DNA of 64,000 nucleotides from Podarcis pityusensis. Taxonomy: Eukaryota. The DNA is taken from assembly GCA_964106645.2 (NCBI GenBank), contig OZ067039.1; one strand, 5' to 3'. A model generated the notes under the pieces. It ran no database searches. It saw only the letters and a list, made by a program, of their open reading frames with translations, and was not told the DNA's origin. This document shows, in pieces, positions 1-12,929 of this stretch. Position 1 is the stretch's first letter. The number at the start of each line of letters is the position of its first letter. Made by a program: the position numbers and the translations under genes.

Positions 1-379
1 TCATCTTTTCTGGAAGTTTTACTAATTTAAACTAAACATCCTGACATTTTTAAGCATACCACCAGCTGCTCATAATTATCTCAATGCAAACCTTTCGGGG
101 GGAAGAACTGACAGTAGCATAATCTCAAAACACAGTCTGCAAATGCTGTAAACAAGATTTCACACACTTAATACTGAACTGCTTTCTCACATTTCAATCT
201 TGTGATGCCAATTAAGTACTTTCAAACTGACAGAACTACTGTAAAGATTAAGTGGGAAGACGCAACAAATAAGTCAAACAGAATGAAAATTTGAAAAGAC
301 TTGCTCACAAATGCTGCCTTATCTGAAACCAGTTAAATCCTAAAACATTTATACATGCTTAAAGAGTCAATATCATAAT

Positions 380-1280
380 GCTGTTATACAAATCTATGAT
401 GCAACCTCATTTGGAACATTGTGTACAGTTCTAGTCACCTCACCTCAAAAAAAAGGTACTCTTGAGCTGGAAATGGTTCAAAAAAAGGCAAACAAAATTA
501 TCAAGGGGCTGAATTAACTCACCTATGAGGAAAGGTTGGAACTTGTGCGGCTTTTTAGTTTAGAGAAAAGGTTAGGTAAAGGGAGGGGAGACATGACAGA
601 CATGGTATGGAGAAAGTGGGCAGGGAGAAGCTTTTCTCTCTCATATTACTAGTAATAGGGGCGATTCAGTGAAGCTGTATGCTTGAAGATCCGGACCAGA
701 CAAAATAAAGTACAGTGGTACCTTGGTTTAAGAACAGCTTAGTTTATGAACAACTTGGATTAAGAACGCTGCAAATCCAGAAGTAGGTGTTTTGGTTTGT
801 GAAATTTGCCTTGGAAGCAGAACATGTTTCGCTTTCTGTTGAGTGTGTTCCATTTGTAAATTGAGTCCCCCCACTGCTATGGGAAAGCACACCTTGGTTT
901 AAGAACGCTTTGGTTTAAGAACGGACATCCGGAAAGGATTAAGTTCGAAAACCAAGGTACCACTATATTTCTTTACACAGCACACAGTTAAGCTACACAA
1001 TTCACCTTCACAAGATGAAGTGATAGCTAGCAATTTAAAAGGCTTTTAAAACAGGATTTGACAATTTAAATGTATGATAAGGCCACAATGGCTATTTTCT
1101 ACCTCTACTGTCAGAGATAGTATGCCTCTGAATAAAATTTGCATGGAATCACAAAGGAGCACTGTTGTACTTGGGTCCTGTCTGTAGACCTCCCATGGGC
1201 ATCTGGCTGGCTACTGTTGAGAACCAGATGTTGAACTATGCAGGCCACTGGCCTGATCCAGCAGAGCTCTAATATTCAAA
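380..1280 (+). mobile_element. CR1 LINE 3' fragment (degenerate ORF2 end + 3' UTR), interrupted by a MITE at 713-965
   Basis: Degenerate CR1 ORF2 C-terminal sequence (cctcatttggaacattgtgtacagttc; ctatgaggaaaggttg; tttagtttagagaaaag) and squamate CR1 3' tail ggcctgatccagcagagctct. Boundaries approximate. Confidence 0.8.
713..965. mobile_element. Tc1/mariner-type non-autonomous MITE
   Basis: TIRs cagtggtaccttggtt ... aaccaaggtaccacta, flanked by TA on both sides. Confidence 0.9.
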
Positions 1281-1798
1281 ACTGCACAGGAAACTCTACC
1301 CAGCAGAAACAGAGCCTTCCTGCTTCAGGCTTTGCCCTCCAAAATGTGGTATGTGGTAGAACTGAGTAAAAGACAAGTAACAGAGGGGGTGGGATCAGCA
1401 AGAATGGCCCTTCTTCCTCCCTCCATGCAACTGGAACTATATGAGGTTGCTCACACAGAACTTATAAATAATGCAAATACAGACTCTATCATGTATAGGG
1501 AAGATGGCAACAAGTAAGGCTGCTTAGAATGACACAGAAATGTAAGATGAACAGTTAAGTCACATATAGCAACCAAAAGGTTGTGTGTATGCTCCATAAA
1601 ACTACTGCAATAAAAATGGATGCACTATCTGAATGTAGTATTATATTATCCCAAATAAAAATATAACTTAATTTTCCCAGCACTGGATATACTTCTCAGA
1701 ATAGAAGAACCATTTTCAGAAAAGATGGCTATACTGCATACAACAAGGTTGAGTCTGAAAGCTCATGTTACCAAAACAAAAATCATGTTCAACATTAC

Positions 1799-1872
1799 CT
1801 TTTTTAATATAGCTGCATTAACGTTTGGAAGAGGGACAGGATCATCATCCCCTTCATCATCCATTCCCAAAT
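1799..1872 (-). CDS. SKP1: SKP1 second coding exon (74 nt; (D)[24 protein letters not shown]); gene continues beyond the left edge
   Basis: Reverse-strand translation matches vertebrate SKP1; acceptor ag at 1874-1873, donor gt at 1798-1797; phase 1 joins the previous exon. Confidence 0.97.
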
Positions 1873-4800
1873 CTGAGAATAGGAAAAAAAACCAAGTAAT
1901 TTACATAGCCAGAACCCCTACATTTCTTAAAAGGCACCTTCTACTGCAATATAGGTACATTCAGATCCTGTTCTTTACTAAAATATACTCTTTTCCAACA
2001 TGTAGCTTATGCAAAATGCACAGGCTACACAATGCAAATTATTAATAAATTGATTCTATTTGTATTCAAGACTGATTTTGTTAGAAGTAATGCTAGCCAT
2101 ATTGCCTAACTCCTGCTCAAGGGAGGACATATTCCTAGCTGAAGTATTAAAACAGATGGTCAGGCCATCTAATCTTTTCCTGAAGATTTCCAAGAAATTA
2201 ATATTCACACTCTCTCTAGGCAACTGATGGAAGTGCTGACTTACTTGACTAGTAATTTGAAAGGCCTGCAGCCGATATTTTGGCTGGTAAATTCCCCATA
2301 GTCTGATCATATGCATATATGAAACAAGCATTCTAGTTCAATGTGCACAGAACTGCAGTCTTAAGTTGTTTGCCTTTGCCACTATCTTGTGTTTTGTCTG
2401 GTAGGGAAAGGAAGAACCTTGTCTTCTACTCTACTTCCTCACTCATGGAATTCACAGTCCTCAGCCAATAAGCCATTTTGTCTATTGCTGCTGCAGCAGC
2501 CATGTTGACAGACGCTGCTACCTTAGCAAGTAACAGTGTCTTTGCGAAGGTCCTTAGCAGTTGACGCTAACAGACCAACTGGTGAACATGAACTTCTGCT
2601 TCTTCGACTCCCAAGCAGAAAGAGTCAATGTGTGTGTATAATACCAATAAATGCATCAACCTGTACCCACCACACAGAAGTAAATCCACATGGAAGGACT
2701 CCATGGAACTTACTTACAAGAATGTATATCATCAGACTGTAAAAAAAAGTATGTTCCTCTGTCCTGATCTGCCTTTCCTTCCCCAGCTACTAGCACACAT
2801 GGACTGTGTGAAGATTCACCACCACAAGGATAACATACTGCATAAACTAAGGAGCCCCAAGGATTCCATTTGGTCTAGTTTCTGATTCACAACCTAAGTC
2901 CCTGAACCTAAAGCACTCCAACCACAAAAACAGATTGATTTTCCCCAGGCAAATCAGCACACGTACAAATAGCCCTTTAAGCGCTTCCTCAATGTTCACT
3001 CCCCTTTCATAGCATAAAATGAGCTGGGCACAAAAGAAGAACCTCAGCCTTCTGTTGCTCTTTCCATTTGTGCATAGTAGCCAATAGAGAAGTACCTCTT
3101 AAAGCGCTTATCTACACCAATGAACCCAATACTGTACTTCATTCAGAGTATGGCACCTCCCCCCTCCCCCATTAACAGTTTCAACTTCAGGAAATATGGC
3201 ATGCCCTTTGGTAAAATCAGAGCTGCTGTTTAGCTTGTGAAGTACTTTTATCAATGCATAATTGCCATATTAGAACTTAACAGAGAACTGACTGCTATGA
3301 AGTAAATAAAATCATTTTTAAAAGTTTGCCAAGATGCTTGTAATTAGCTAAACACATCTCAAAACTCACATCAACATGGATACACATGCAGCAACTTTAT
3401 GCTCTATTGAGTCAAACCAAACATTTTTAAGCATATGGAGCAATGGCTGACACAATGTCCCAATCATGATTAATGCAATCTAAAATCTAGAAGATAATCA
3501 CATGAGCATGATCTTAGGGGTGGGGGAGCCCACATGTTCAATTTTGTGGTAACTTCAGATAGCAGGTCATAAGCATTTGGTTAGATTAAGAGCTTAAGAA
3601 GTAATAGATCAATGTGAACCACTGATTATTAAAAGACAGACGTTAAGCTGCGCCATTACTTGATGGATTTATCTGTTTTACAGCAACTGTGTACTGCCCT
3701 AAAATAGCAGCAAAAATAACAAGGCATTAATGTTGGTACAGCAGTGCCAACTCAGGGGCTCAGGGGCTTTCAAGAATACTTTAGAAATTTTTTAACACAT
3801 TTCCTATGTTTTTTAGTTACCCTATTACCAAGATTATCTGGGCAACACCAGCTCTTTCCCCCTTATGAGTCACAAAAAAAAAAAACACCAGATAAGTAGA
3901 ATGCATCTCTTGAAAACTATGTTGAAATAGCAAGACGCTCATAAGGTCTTACTAGCATATTCTGATGTGTACCTTTGTATGGGCTAACATACCTAGCAGT
4001 AATGGGGAAATATAAAAATACAAATTCTATATGAAAAATACCAAAAACTCAGAAATAGAAACAGAGCTACAAGAAAATATTGGGAAACAGTCCATAAGAC
4101 TGTTGGATCCCTGTTTCTAAGGATTATAAACATTCACTTTACATAAAGGCCATATGGTTAAGTTCCATGGCTCCCTTTTAATTTGCTGGCAGTCAGAATT
4201 AAGCTTTCATCCTGCAAAATTTAATTGCTTCCAGCTCACAATTCCAGCTACCCACTCAAATATATACTATCACTTTACAAAGGCTCAGCCATAACAGGAA
4301 CAGACACAGTGAACATCCACTACGTCCTAAACAAAAGCTTTGTTATTAAGTGTTGAAAAATCTGCCATGCTGAGCTTTGAAATACCTCCATGATACACTC
4401 CTGAGTACATATACCGTTCCAGTCCTGGATAAAAACATGATCCTCCTCAAGCTCTATCAGATACGTGGCATCCAGTTTTAATGTCTCATATTCCTATGAC
4501 TGTTTTTCCATTCCTTTGAAGATCTGCTCCCTAGTTCAATCAATCTAATTTGACATAGAAGATTGCCTCTGAACGATTAGTAAGGTTTAATTTCATATTT
4601 TACTGCATGTGGGAATCCCTTTAAGAATTTAGCTGAAACATACGTCACCCATCTTCATAACAGCTTTTGAACCAATGCATAAACAGAAGTCTGCATTCAA
4701 AAGCTCTGTTTAGAAGTTGAAGAATACAACCAAATGGCCACATTTGCTTCGAGTGCCCTGAAGGTGGAAGGCAAGTGACTGCCATGCCATGGTAGCCATG

Positions 4801-5344
4801 ACTAATGTGGTAGTGCCTGCGAACAGCTGTTTTACTTCAAAAACGTACAAGAAACTGCTCAGACTTTAAAGCCATTACACTTTTACTCTTCAGTGACCCA
4901 CCACAGAAATCAAGAGACGGAATTTCCTATCATCTGTATAATAGCAAGGAAATGAGGAAACTGTCTATTATCTTCAGGAAGACAAAAGGAGTGAGTGAAG
5001 AGTGTGAGAGAGAAGGGAGCTGTGCACCTGCATGTGTGGTAAGTGAATGTGCTCTGTGTGGGGGCCGTTATATGCAGTGAAAGTCTGTGTGCATAGGGAG
5101 GTGCTGGTATGAATTCATATTGGTCACACCCACCTCCAGCATGAAACCCCCGAGGGACTTTCTATGTAGCACTAAGTGTTAGTTGCACTCATGTGCACGA
5201 TGCACAGTGGCTGAAATATTGTATGGCCTAAATAGATTTACCTTTATGTATCTCAAGATTTCCAGGTATGATTCCCATAGTTACTTCATGTTAAGCTAAG
5301 AATTAATCTATTCCTGGTATGCAGCAACCATCTTCAGACCACTA

Positions 5345-5473
<129 letters not shown>

Positions 5474-7729
5474 CTATGGTGGGAAAATATAGTTAATGTT
5501 AGCTACATTTTAAATAATAAAAAAGCTACAAAATTATTTTTATGCTGCAAAGGGCAGATCTTTGAATGAGGTGGTATACAAATTTAATAATAAAATAATT
5601 TGTTTATAGGACAGTTTTGTTACACAGTGCATCTTCTACTGAAAAATAAGATTACATGGAAAGGGAAATAAATTTTGTCTCTGTATGGGAGCTGACCAGA
5701 AGTAATGGATTGCTAAGATCACCACACACATTAACGGCTATAAAGAAATTTGAACTGGTTGCAGCTCACCTTTTGCCCTTGCAGTAGCTCAACATTTGGT
5801 TTTTAAAAAATGTCTTCTCAGTTGCCAGAATATGCAATACTAAGTAGGTGATTTAATCAAGTATTGAAAGTATCGTTTAATTGGGATCTCAAGTTACATT
5901 TGGATAGAAAGTACAGTATGAAATTGCTTTCATTGAACCTGACCTGTTTGTGCACCACTTTTATTTTTTAAAATACATGTTCAGTCACAAATTTGGAGAA
6001 CTGCTTGCGTACCTCACCAAAACTTGAATCTCAGCCAGTGTCCTGACTTCTGTTATCTCTAGACTATGTTCTAGGCAAGTTTCCAACATATGATGCTGCA
6101 CTTTCAAACAACTCCTTAAAGCATTTTTGCTTTTAGCACCCAGTGGAAAGAGAAAGCTTTCATTTTTATAACAAAGTGAAAACTGCAAAGTTGCTAGATA
6201 CCAAGTAACCCCGTTCAAAAAAATTCACCATGTTTTAACCTTTCTGACTTTCGAATTGACTTCTGGAAAAACCCAGTTGCAAGAATCACAGGCTATTATT
6301 TTTACTATGTAACATCAGAAATATCATTAACAGAATTTTGTTGACAAATTACTGGAAATAAACTCTATCCCCAAAGTACAGTAAGTTGTGCGTTTACCAG
6401 CTAGGTAAGCACATTTTTAAAGACCCTCACCACCCTTTAGTAGCCACTTCTTGTAAAATCTCTCACAGAAAGCTGACTCATAGATATTGATATAGCAAGC
6501 AAATCCAGTTTTAGAATTGGACTCTGGGGAAAGAACTGCAGACAAGATTTCCTTCATCTCATACAATTGCATTGGTGCACAATGCGTTTTTTCCTTGAGG
6601 GAGGCTAATAGTCCACAGATCCAAAATCTGCTCCATGCAGCATTAACCTCCCATTCTATAGGTTTACTGTACCTTCTCAGTACTGCTGATCTTGGCAGCA
6701 ATCAACTTAGCCACTGCATAACTTTGAGTACATGCCAAGTGCATCACAAACTGAAATTAAATGGCACACAATCTTTTCCAGCTGCTTATCTTCCATAGTT
6801 TATTACCAGAATATTAAGATACCTTCATCAGATTTTGAGTTCCAAAATACGAACATTAGGGTCTTGTGCTTCTTTTAAAAGTAAATGTGTCACATACAAA
6901 CATACTAAGCAATTTAATGACAGCAAAACAAGAGTATATACACTTTTGCAACACTACGTATGCCTGAAGAAAATATATATTTAAAAGATAACCCTTCAAA
7001 AAACTTTTTAGGCTAGGCCAAGCTAAGTTTTAATTTCAAGATCAATGTATGCATATATACACAGTGAATCATGTTACAGGAAGCTGCATCATCAATTTGG
7101 TTTGACTACTACTACCAAGTCTATTTTCTAATGCGCCCTTTTAGCTGCTCTAGTTTACTAGAAACATTTTTTTAAAGAATGACAGTATTTTGTATGGCTC
7201 TTGACTAGCAACTGACTACTGTACACTGCACAATAAAAAAAAATATACAGAGTAGCGGAGAATTGTTGGGGCAAACAAGCATTTTGTCATTAAGTGTTTG
7301 GTTTTATGCCAGAAGACATGATATATAATTACACTATTTTTGAATAGTTGTTTTCCTTGATTTCTACCAAAATGCAAGGTTACCAAAGACACTGCATATT
7401 ATTCTCTCAACTTTGTTATTCTTCCCAGTTCTCCATTTCAGCTATTTAACTATAATTTTAGTTACAATAGAGATACTATGCAAAAACTGATTTTTGTGGC
7501 TTTGTGTACAATGGGTTGGAAAACAACTAATTTATACTGATATTTTAGTATGCGTCTGCTACAAAGTACGCAGTCAGAAGTAGCGGAGAGCAATGCCTCA
7601 GAGCTCAGACTATCACACTAAGTGCTCCCCCTGGCCTTTTCCACAGGATAACTTTGTCAAACAAAAATTCTACAAGCTTCTCTTTACAGACTAGCAGTCT
7701 GACCCTGCATTTAACAGAAGATTCAATTT

Positions 7730-7745
7730 GGGGGGGGGGGGGGGG
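7730..7745. repeat. poly-G run (16 nt)
   Basis: Direct observation. Confidence 0.9.
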
Positions 7746-8199
7746 CTTTATACCTAAACGGTTGTAAACAGTGATTAATCCTAGCTAGCGGATCAGTCTA
7801 CCGAAACACAATTTATGTTACTGATCATTTTTAAACTCCCAATCTCAAGGCTTTTTATTTAAAAAAGGAGTAAGAGAGAATATTGCTTTTAACGCCGTTT
7901 TCTGTTGGTAGGGTAACCAAGCAAAACGGTGGAGCGAGTTCTACATACACAACAGGCACAATTTAAAAAAAAAAATCCCATTTCCACCCTTCTCTCGAGT
8001 ACTCGCATACAGCGGAGGGGATACAAGTCTACATGGGGTGGGGGGAATAGTTCATGCCCCAACACGAACTATTCCGGAAATACAACACACGAAACCGCCT
8101 TATTTTGTTAATGCTTTATTGTGCACGAACATTAAAAATGGGGGGGGAGAGAGAGAAGAGGCGAAAAAGAGAGATAAAAAGAGCCTGTTTTATTGGCTT

Positions 8200-9500
8200 C
8201 AGAGATGTGGGACGCATAAACAAGTGTCGGGGGGGGGGTGCTTGTCTCCAGGCAATTTACGAGTTACCTTCTCTTCTTCCACAGCACTTTCCAATCCCGC
8301 TGCTGGAGGAGCAGGTGGCGGAGACACCCCTTAGCAAGGAGGAGGAGGAGGAGGAAGAGACCGCTCCCTTAGCAACCACCTTCCCTCCGCTGCGGCCTTC
8401 CAATCCCGCCTGCTAACTTCTCTCCCTTTTTTCCCTTCCGCGGCTTCCTGCCTCAACTCCCCAGCGCCCCCAAACTAAGGAGCGAGGCCTAGACGCAGGC
8501 CAGGCCTAGCCCTTACTCACCGTGAGGCAGCAACAGCAGCGGCTCTCGGCCCCTCCCTCTGCGACGCCACCCGACTGAAACCAGCGAGACTACTAAAGGC
8601 GGCTCGCGGCCGTCGCGTCTTATAAGGATAAGGCGGGGCGGGGCCGAATTGAAGCGAGGGCCCCTCGGAGCTGCCTCCGCCCGCCCCCCACCCTCGCAGA
8701 GCACGGGGCTGTCTACTGCAGCGCCTGAACTAAAGCAGACCGGCCAAGACAAAGGGAGCGCTCTTTCTCTCTATATATATTATGTCGCTCTTCCCCCTCA
8801 AGGCCTGCCTGTCTCCTCTTCCAACTGGGAGAGCGAGAGAGGCAGAGAGAGCAGAGCACAAACTACCACTCCTATGTAAGAGGGGGAGGAGATGGTTAAC
8901 CTACACGTCGTTTACTGCCTCTGGGGGTCCTTCAGGCAAAAGCTGAAGCTGCCTTCGTCGGGAACAATCTCATGGCAACGGCCGCCTCACAATGGCGGCG
9001 GCGGCGCGCGTAGTCAGCGGAAGGACGTCTAGGGCGCACATTACTGCGTCTTGCGCGCGCTTGCTACTTGCCCGCCGGCTGGTGTGTTCTGAGGTGAATG
9101 AGCTCCGCCAGCTCCCTTACTCGAGCGTTTTCGACTTCATCATTCTTATTCCCCTGCATTGCGTTCTCCGATCCGTCGGACGTCTTGCCCTGGATGCTCC
9201 GGCAGCAAATTCACCGACCCAACCTTGGGTGTTTTTAAGTTCAGACGCTATGCCGGAGCCACACGCTCGCGTACGTTGTCCCGAGAACGCGTGAGAAAGA
9301 AGTATAACAACGCCTCGAGCACACAAAGTGCAAGTAAGGCGACAAACCTTGAATATGAGGAGTCGAACCTGCGACCCGCCAGCTGTCTTTTGAACTCAAA
9401 CTCTCGTCAGTCCCAGCCGGCATGGCCAATGGTTAGGGTCGGGTTGATGGGGAGTTTGAACCCGGCAACAATGTCTCCGAAAGATATACTTCTGAGTAAA
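8200..9500. promoter_or_regulatory. CpG island / SKP1 promoter (TATAAGA minus strand 8618-8624, GC boxes 8632-8643, RFX X-box-like 8966-8979, YY1-like 8991-8999)
   Basis: High GC and CpG density against AT-rich flanks; motifs read directly from the sequence. Confidence 0.85.
8521..8595 (-). other. SKP1: SKP1 non-coding exon 1 (5' UTR); TSS approximate
   Basis: Strong donor ACG|gtgagt at 8521/8520 inside the CpG island, about 30 nt downstream of a TATA-like box; splicing gives Kozak context cacgATG. Confidence 0.8.
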
Positions 9501-9771
9501 CAGGGTTATACTGAAAATCTGCAATCCCAATAAACTCAACAGGGCTTCTAAGTAAAGAAGTCTATTATCCGACTCGCAGCGCTGTGTTTTACTTAAAAGC
9601 CAAGTCGCCCTAAATTTAGTTGCATAGTATACGACGAAGGCATATTTGTGCGTAAGAGTGATCCCATTTCCTTTTGGGCCAACCTACAAAGTATGGTTGA
9701 CTGCTCACTTTTATTTGAAAGAGAAAGCCTTCATAACAGCTATCATGGCTTGTCATTATGTTCTGGATCAG

Positions 9772-9920
9772 GCTATGTTCTGCCTCCAGTTAAAGCCTGC
9801 ATGCTTCTGAATACCAGCTGCTGGAAACGACTGCAAGGGAGAGCACTTCCTTGTTCAGGTCCCGTTTCCTGGCATCCTATAGGTATCTCCACCACTGTGC
9901 AGGCAGGATGCTGTTTACAA
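9772..9920 (+). mobile_element. CR1 3' UTR fragment
   Basis: Similar to the CR1 tail at 1090-1250 (gctatgttctgcctcca...gcttctgaataccagctgctgg). Confidence 0.6.
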
Positions 9921-11769
9921 TATAGTAGAGCATCTATGGAGTTGCCAGGGAAGGGCCAGTTTCCAGCATGAAACATTCAGCTGTGCAATCCAAAGTAAAA
10001 TCACATAACAGAGAACAAGCTCTATTAATTTGAGGACTTCCAGGAAAAAAATATTTCCACATGCCACTCCCATCTGTAAATATTACGTCCTGAACAAGCA
10101 GTATTGCCTCCTGAAGCTTCTCTTCTGAGTATTTTAAAATGGGGATTTCTACAACGACATTTTAACTCTGCTAAGGGTGAATTAAAAACACAGATCCATG
10201 TATGGACATTTAAAATTAATAAGCCTCTGCTGTTCTCAAAATTATGTAAATTGTTAGTCCAAAATGAAAGTACAGTAGTGGGCAAACTGACCACTGGGGA
10301 TTGGATTTAATTCTTGATAGTTACTTTTAACAGCACACTGGGCAGGGAATAAATAAAAAATTATTATTCCTAGTAGTAGTAGTATACATGTCTACTACCT
10401 TGGCAAGCCTCAACCTTACCCCAAGTCTCATTTTCAAGGCATACAAGGGGAAAATGCAACAAAACACTTCAATGTGGTATGCTCCTGTTCAGGCTTCTAG
10501 CTAGCCAGCTATGGCCTCTTCCAAGAGATTCCATTCTATTCCCCACTACCATCAGTCAGCATTCCATGGCCACAGGGAAAACGGTCTTCAGTGTGCTGTT
10601 TCAGGTGTGTGTGTGTGTTTTTTTGGGGGGGGGGGGAGGTTGCACTTCTGAAACCTTGGTGTTCCCTCAAGGCTGCCAATTCCTCTCTTGCATGGTATCA
10701 TTTTGTCTATATAAGGATCCACAAGAGAATGAATTTGCTGTTCATAGACAAGATATTCATTGAGTTTATACACACATAACTGATTATCATATAGACATTT
10801 TTGCTTGTTTCTAACTTTCTTCTGTCTTTGTGATCAGCAGTACATTCCATACACACAGTCCTCCTGTCTATTGTATGTACACACACAAAAAGATGACTGT
10901 AATAAAAATACACCTGAAAACTTGTTGAGTCCCCTTTGTGTTCAAACCTTATAGCAGCTTTAGCTGAAGCAAGCAATTAACAATAGTAAGGGCTGTTTTT
11001 CCAAGGAAATCCCACTCCTTGGAATTAAGAAAATGAAGAGCTGCTTTTGGATAACTCAGCTCAGTACTTTACAGCAAAATTAACATCAAATTGGTTACCT
11101 TTTAATATATACAAGATATTTTCTTGTGTACTGAAGCCACAATTCATACTCTTCTATAGCAATCCAAGTATGCTGAGATTTATTATTATAAACCAAGTAT
11201 GTTGCTATTAAATACCAAGCCAAAAGTTTTTATAATAAGCCTGCAGGACTGATATTTTGCAGCTGTTTTGTGGACTTCTGTTCCTTAACCATGCAATTAC
11301 AGTAGTTTTGTTTTTTTTACAAATAGCCTCCTTCCCATCTGCACCAAAAAAAAGAGGGGGGAGCAGCAATGCAGCTGTTGCTTGATATAATCGTGAGAAT
11401 CTGAGCTGCATTTCTAATAATACTGTGGGGGTATTGTTTTTGTTAGTATATTATTTATTTTTGTGATTTTAAAAAAACCTGTGTTTTTATATTGTAAATG
11501 CACTGCGATCCTCAGAATAAGGTATAAAAACTTAATTACAACAACCACCACCACCTGGAAACTCAAGACATGATAAATACAGCATAGGAACAAAGTAACA
11601 AACAGACTCTTGTTTGTGTGATTCACATGAGGCCCTGACCCCATAATCGCCACACACAGGACCTTCAGCTGACAGCTTGCCCAACCATTTTGTTCAGAAC
11701 ACAGGACTGCAAAATCACTGTGGGCAATTTCAGTGGGAGAAGCCAGTTAGATGTGCTTCAAATGGAATA

Positions 11770-12001
11770 CATTGGTACATTGGTTCTCAAACTTAATCCG
11801 TTCCGGGAGTCCGTTTGACTCCCGAAACCGTCAGAAAATCAAGGCCCGGCTTCTGATTGGCTGCAGGAGCTTCCTGCAGTCAAGCAGAAACCACACTGGA
11901 TGTTTGGGTTCCAAAAAACCGGAACGCTTACTTCCGGGTTTGCGGCATTCAGGTTCCAATTTGTTTGGGAGCCAAGCAATTCAAGAAGCAAGGTACCACT
12001 G
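11770..12001. mobile_element. Tc1/mariner-type MITE
   Basis: TA-flanked; TIR cattggtacattggtt ... aagcaaggtaccactg. Confidence 0.85.
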
Positions 12002-12929
12002 TACTGGAGTTGCTGCTCTCCCCATGTTATACTAGGATAGTCTCAGGAAGTTTCACCGTTACTCACAACTAATGTGCAATACTAATGTTTTAGCAAGAAT
12101 TAAACTTCCATCTTAGTAAAGAATGGAAACATTTTCCCCTTTGAAACCCATGTGCTGTATGGAACCCAAATTGCTCAAGTGCTTGGACTATGGTAAGATC
12201 AGGAAATAAATTTAATCCACTGACATAATGCAGTATTCAGTCCTTAATATTATGAACTTGTTCCTCACCTCCAACCTCAAAGAAATGAGAATTACTACAG
12301 TGCATGAAGTGCAGCTACATAGAGACAAAAGTGACTGAGGGCTATACTGAATGACACCCTGGCCTTCATTTTACAAGTTTCAATTTCTCTCTTTCCTCTT
12401 ACTGACTGCATAACAGTAGGCATAGTCAAGGCTACTGCTATTCTTTTGCTTACAAAGTAGATTTCAACAAGATCAGTACTGAGAATATATTATGGTCATT
12501 TAAGACTGTAGTGTGATATCCAATGCTAGTCATAGAGCAGACTCATTGAAATCAATGAATTTAAGTCTACTTATTTCAATGGTTATACTCCAAATATGAC
12601 TTCGTTGGACATCATCTACAGCCTGTTCAAAACAAGGCTTAAATGCAAGTTAGTAATCCTAGAAGTTTCTTTCAACTGAAAGGGCTAGAATGAAATATTA
12701 GACAGTCTTTCTGTTAAAATGACAATTTTATAAACGTTATTTAATAAATAAAGTGAAAAAATGCTAATAGGTGAATAACAACTCAAAGCCATATTGCTAT
12801 CAAAATGTAGGACCTCTTTTAACATGCACTTGCTCTCTGAGAAAATTTAAGTGAATTTATGATCTGAACATCGACTCCCAGTACATTGCTCCTGACTTCA
12901 TTCAGCATAATCTGGATTCTGCATAGGTT

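Noticed and set aside
2650-2736. Box C-like TGATGA in the SKP1 intron (snoRNA?)
   Set aside because: No box D CTGA or terminal stem at a suitable distance.
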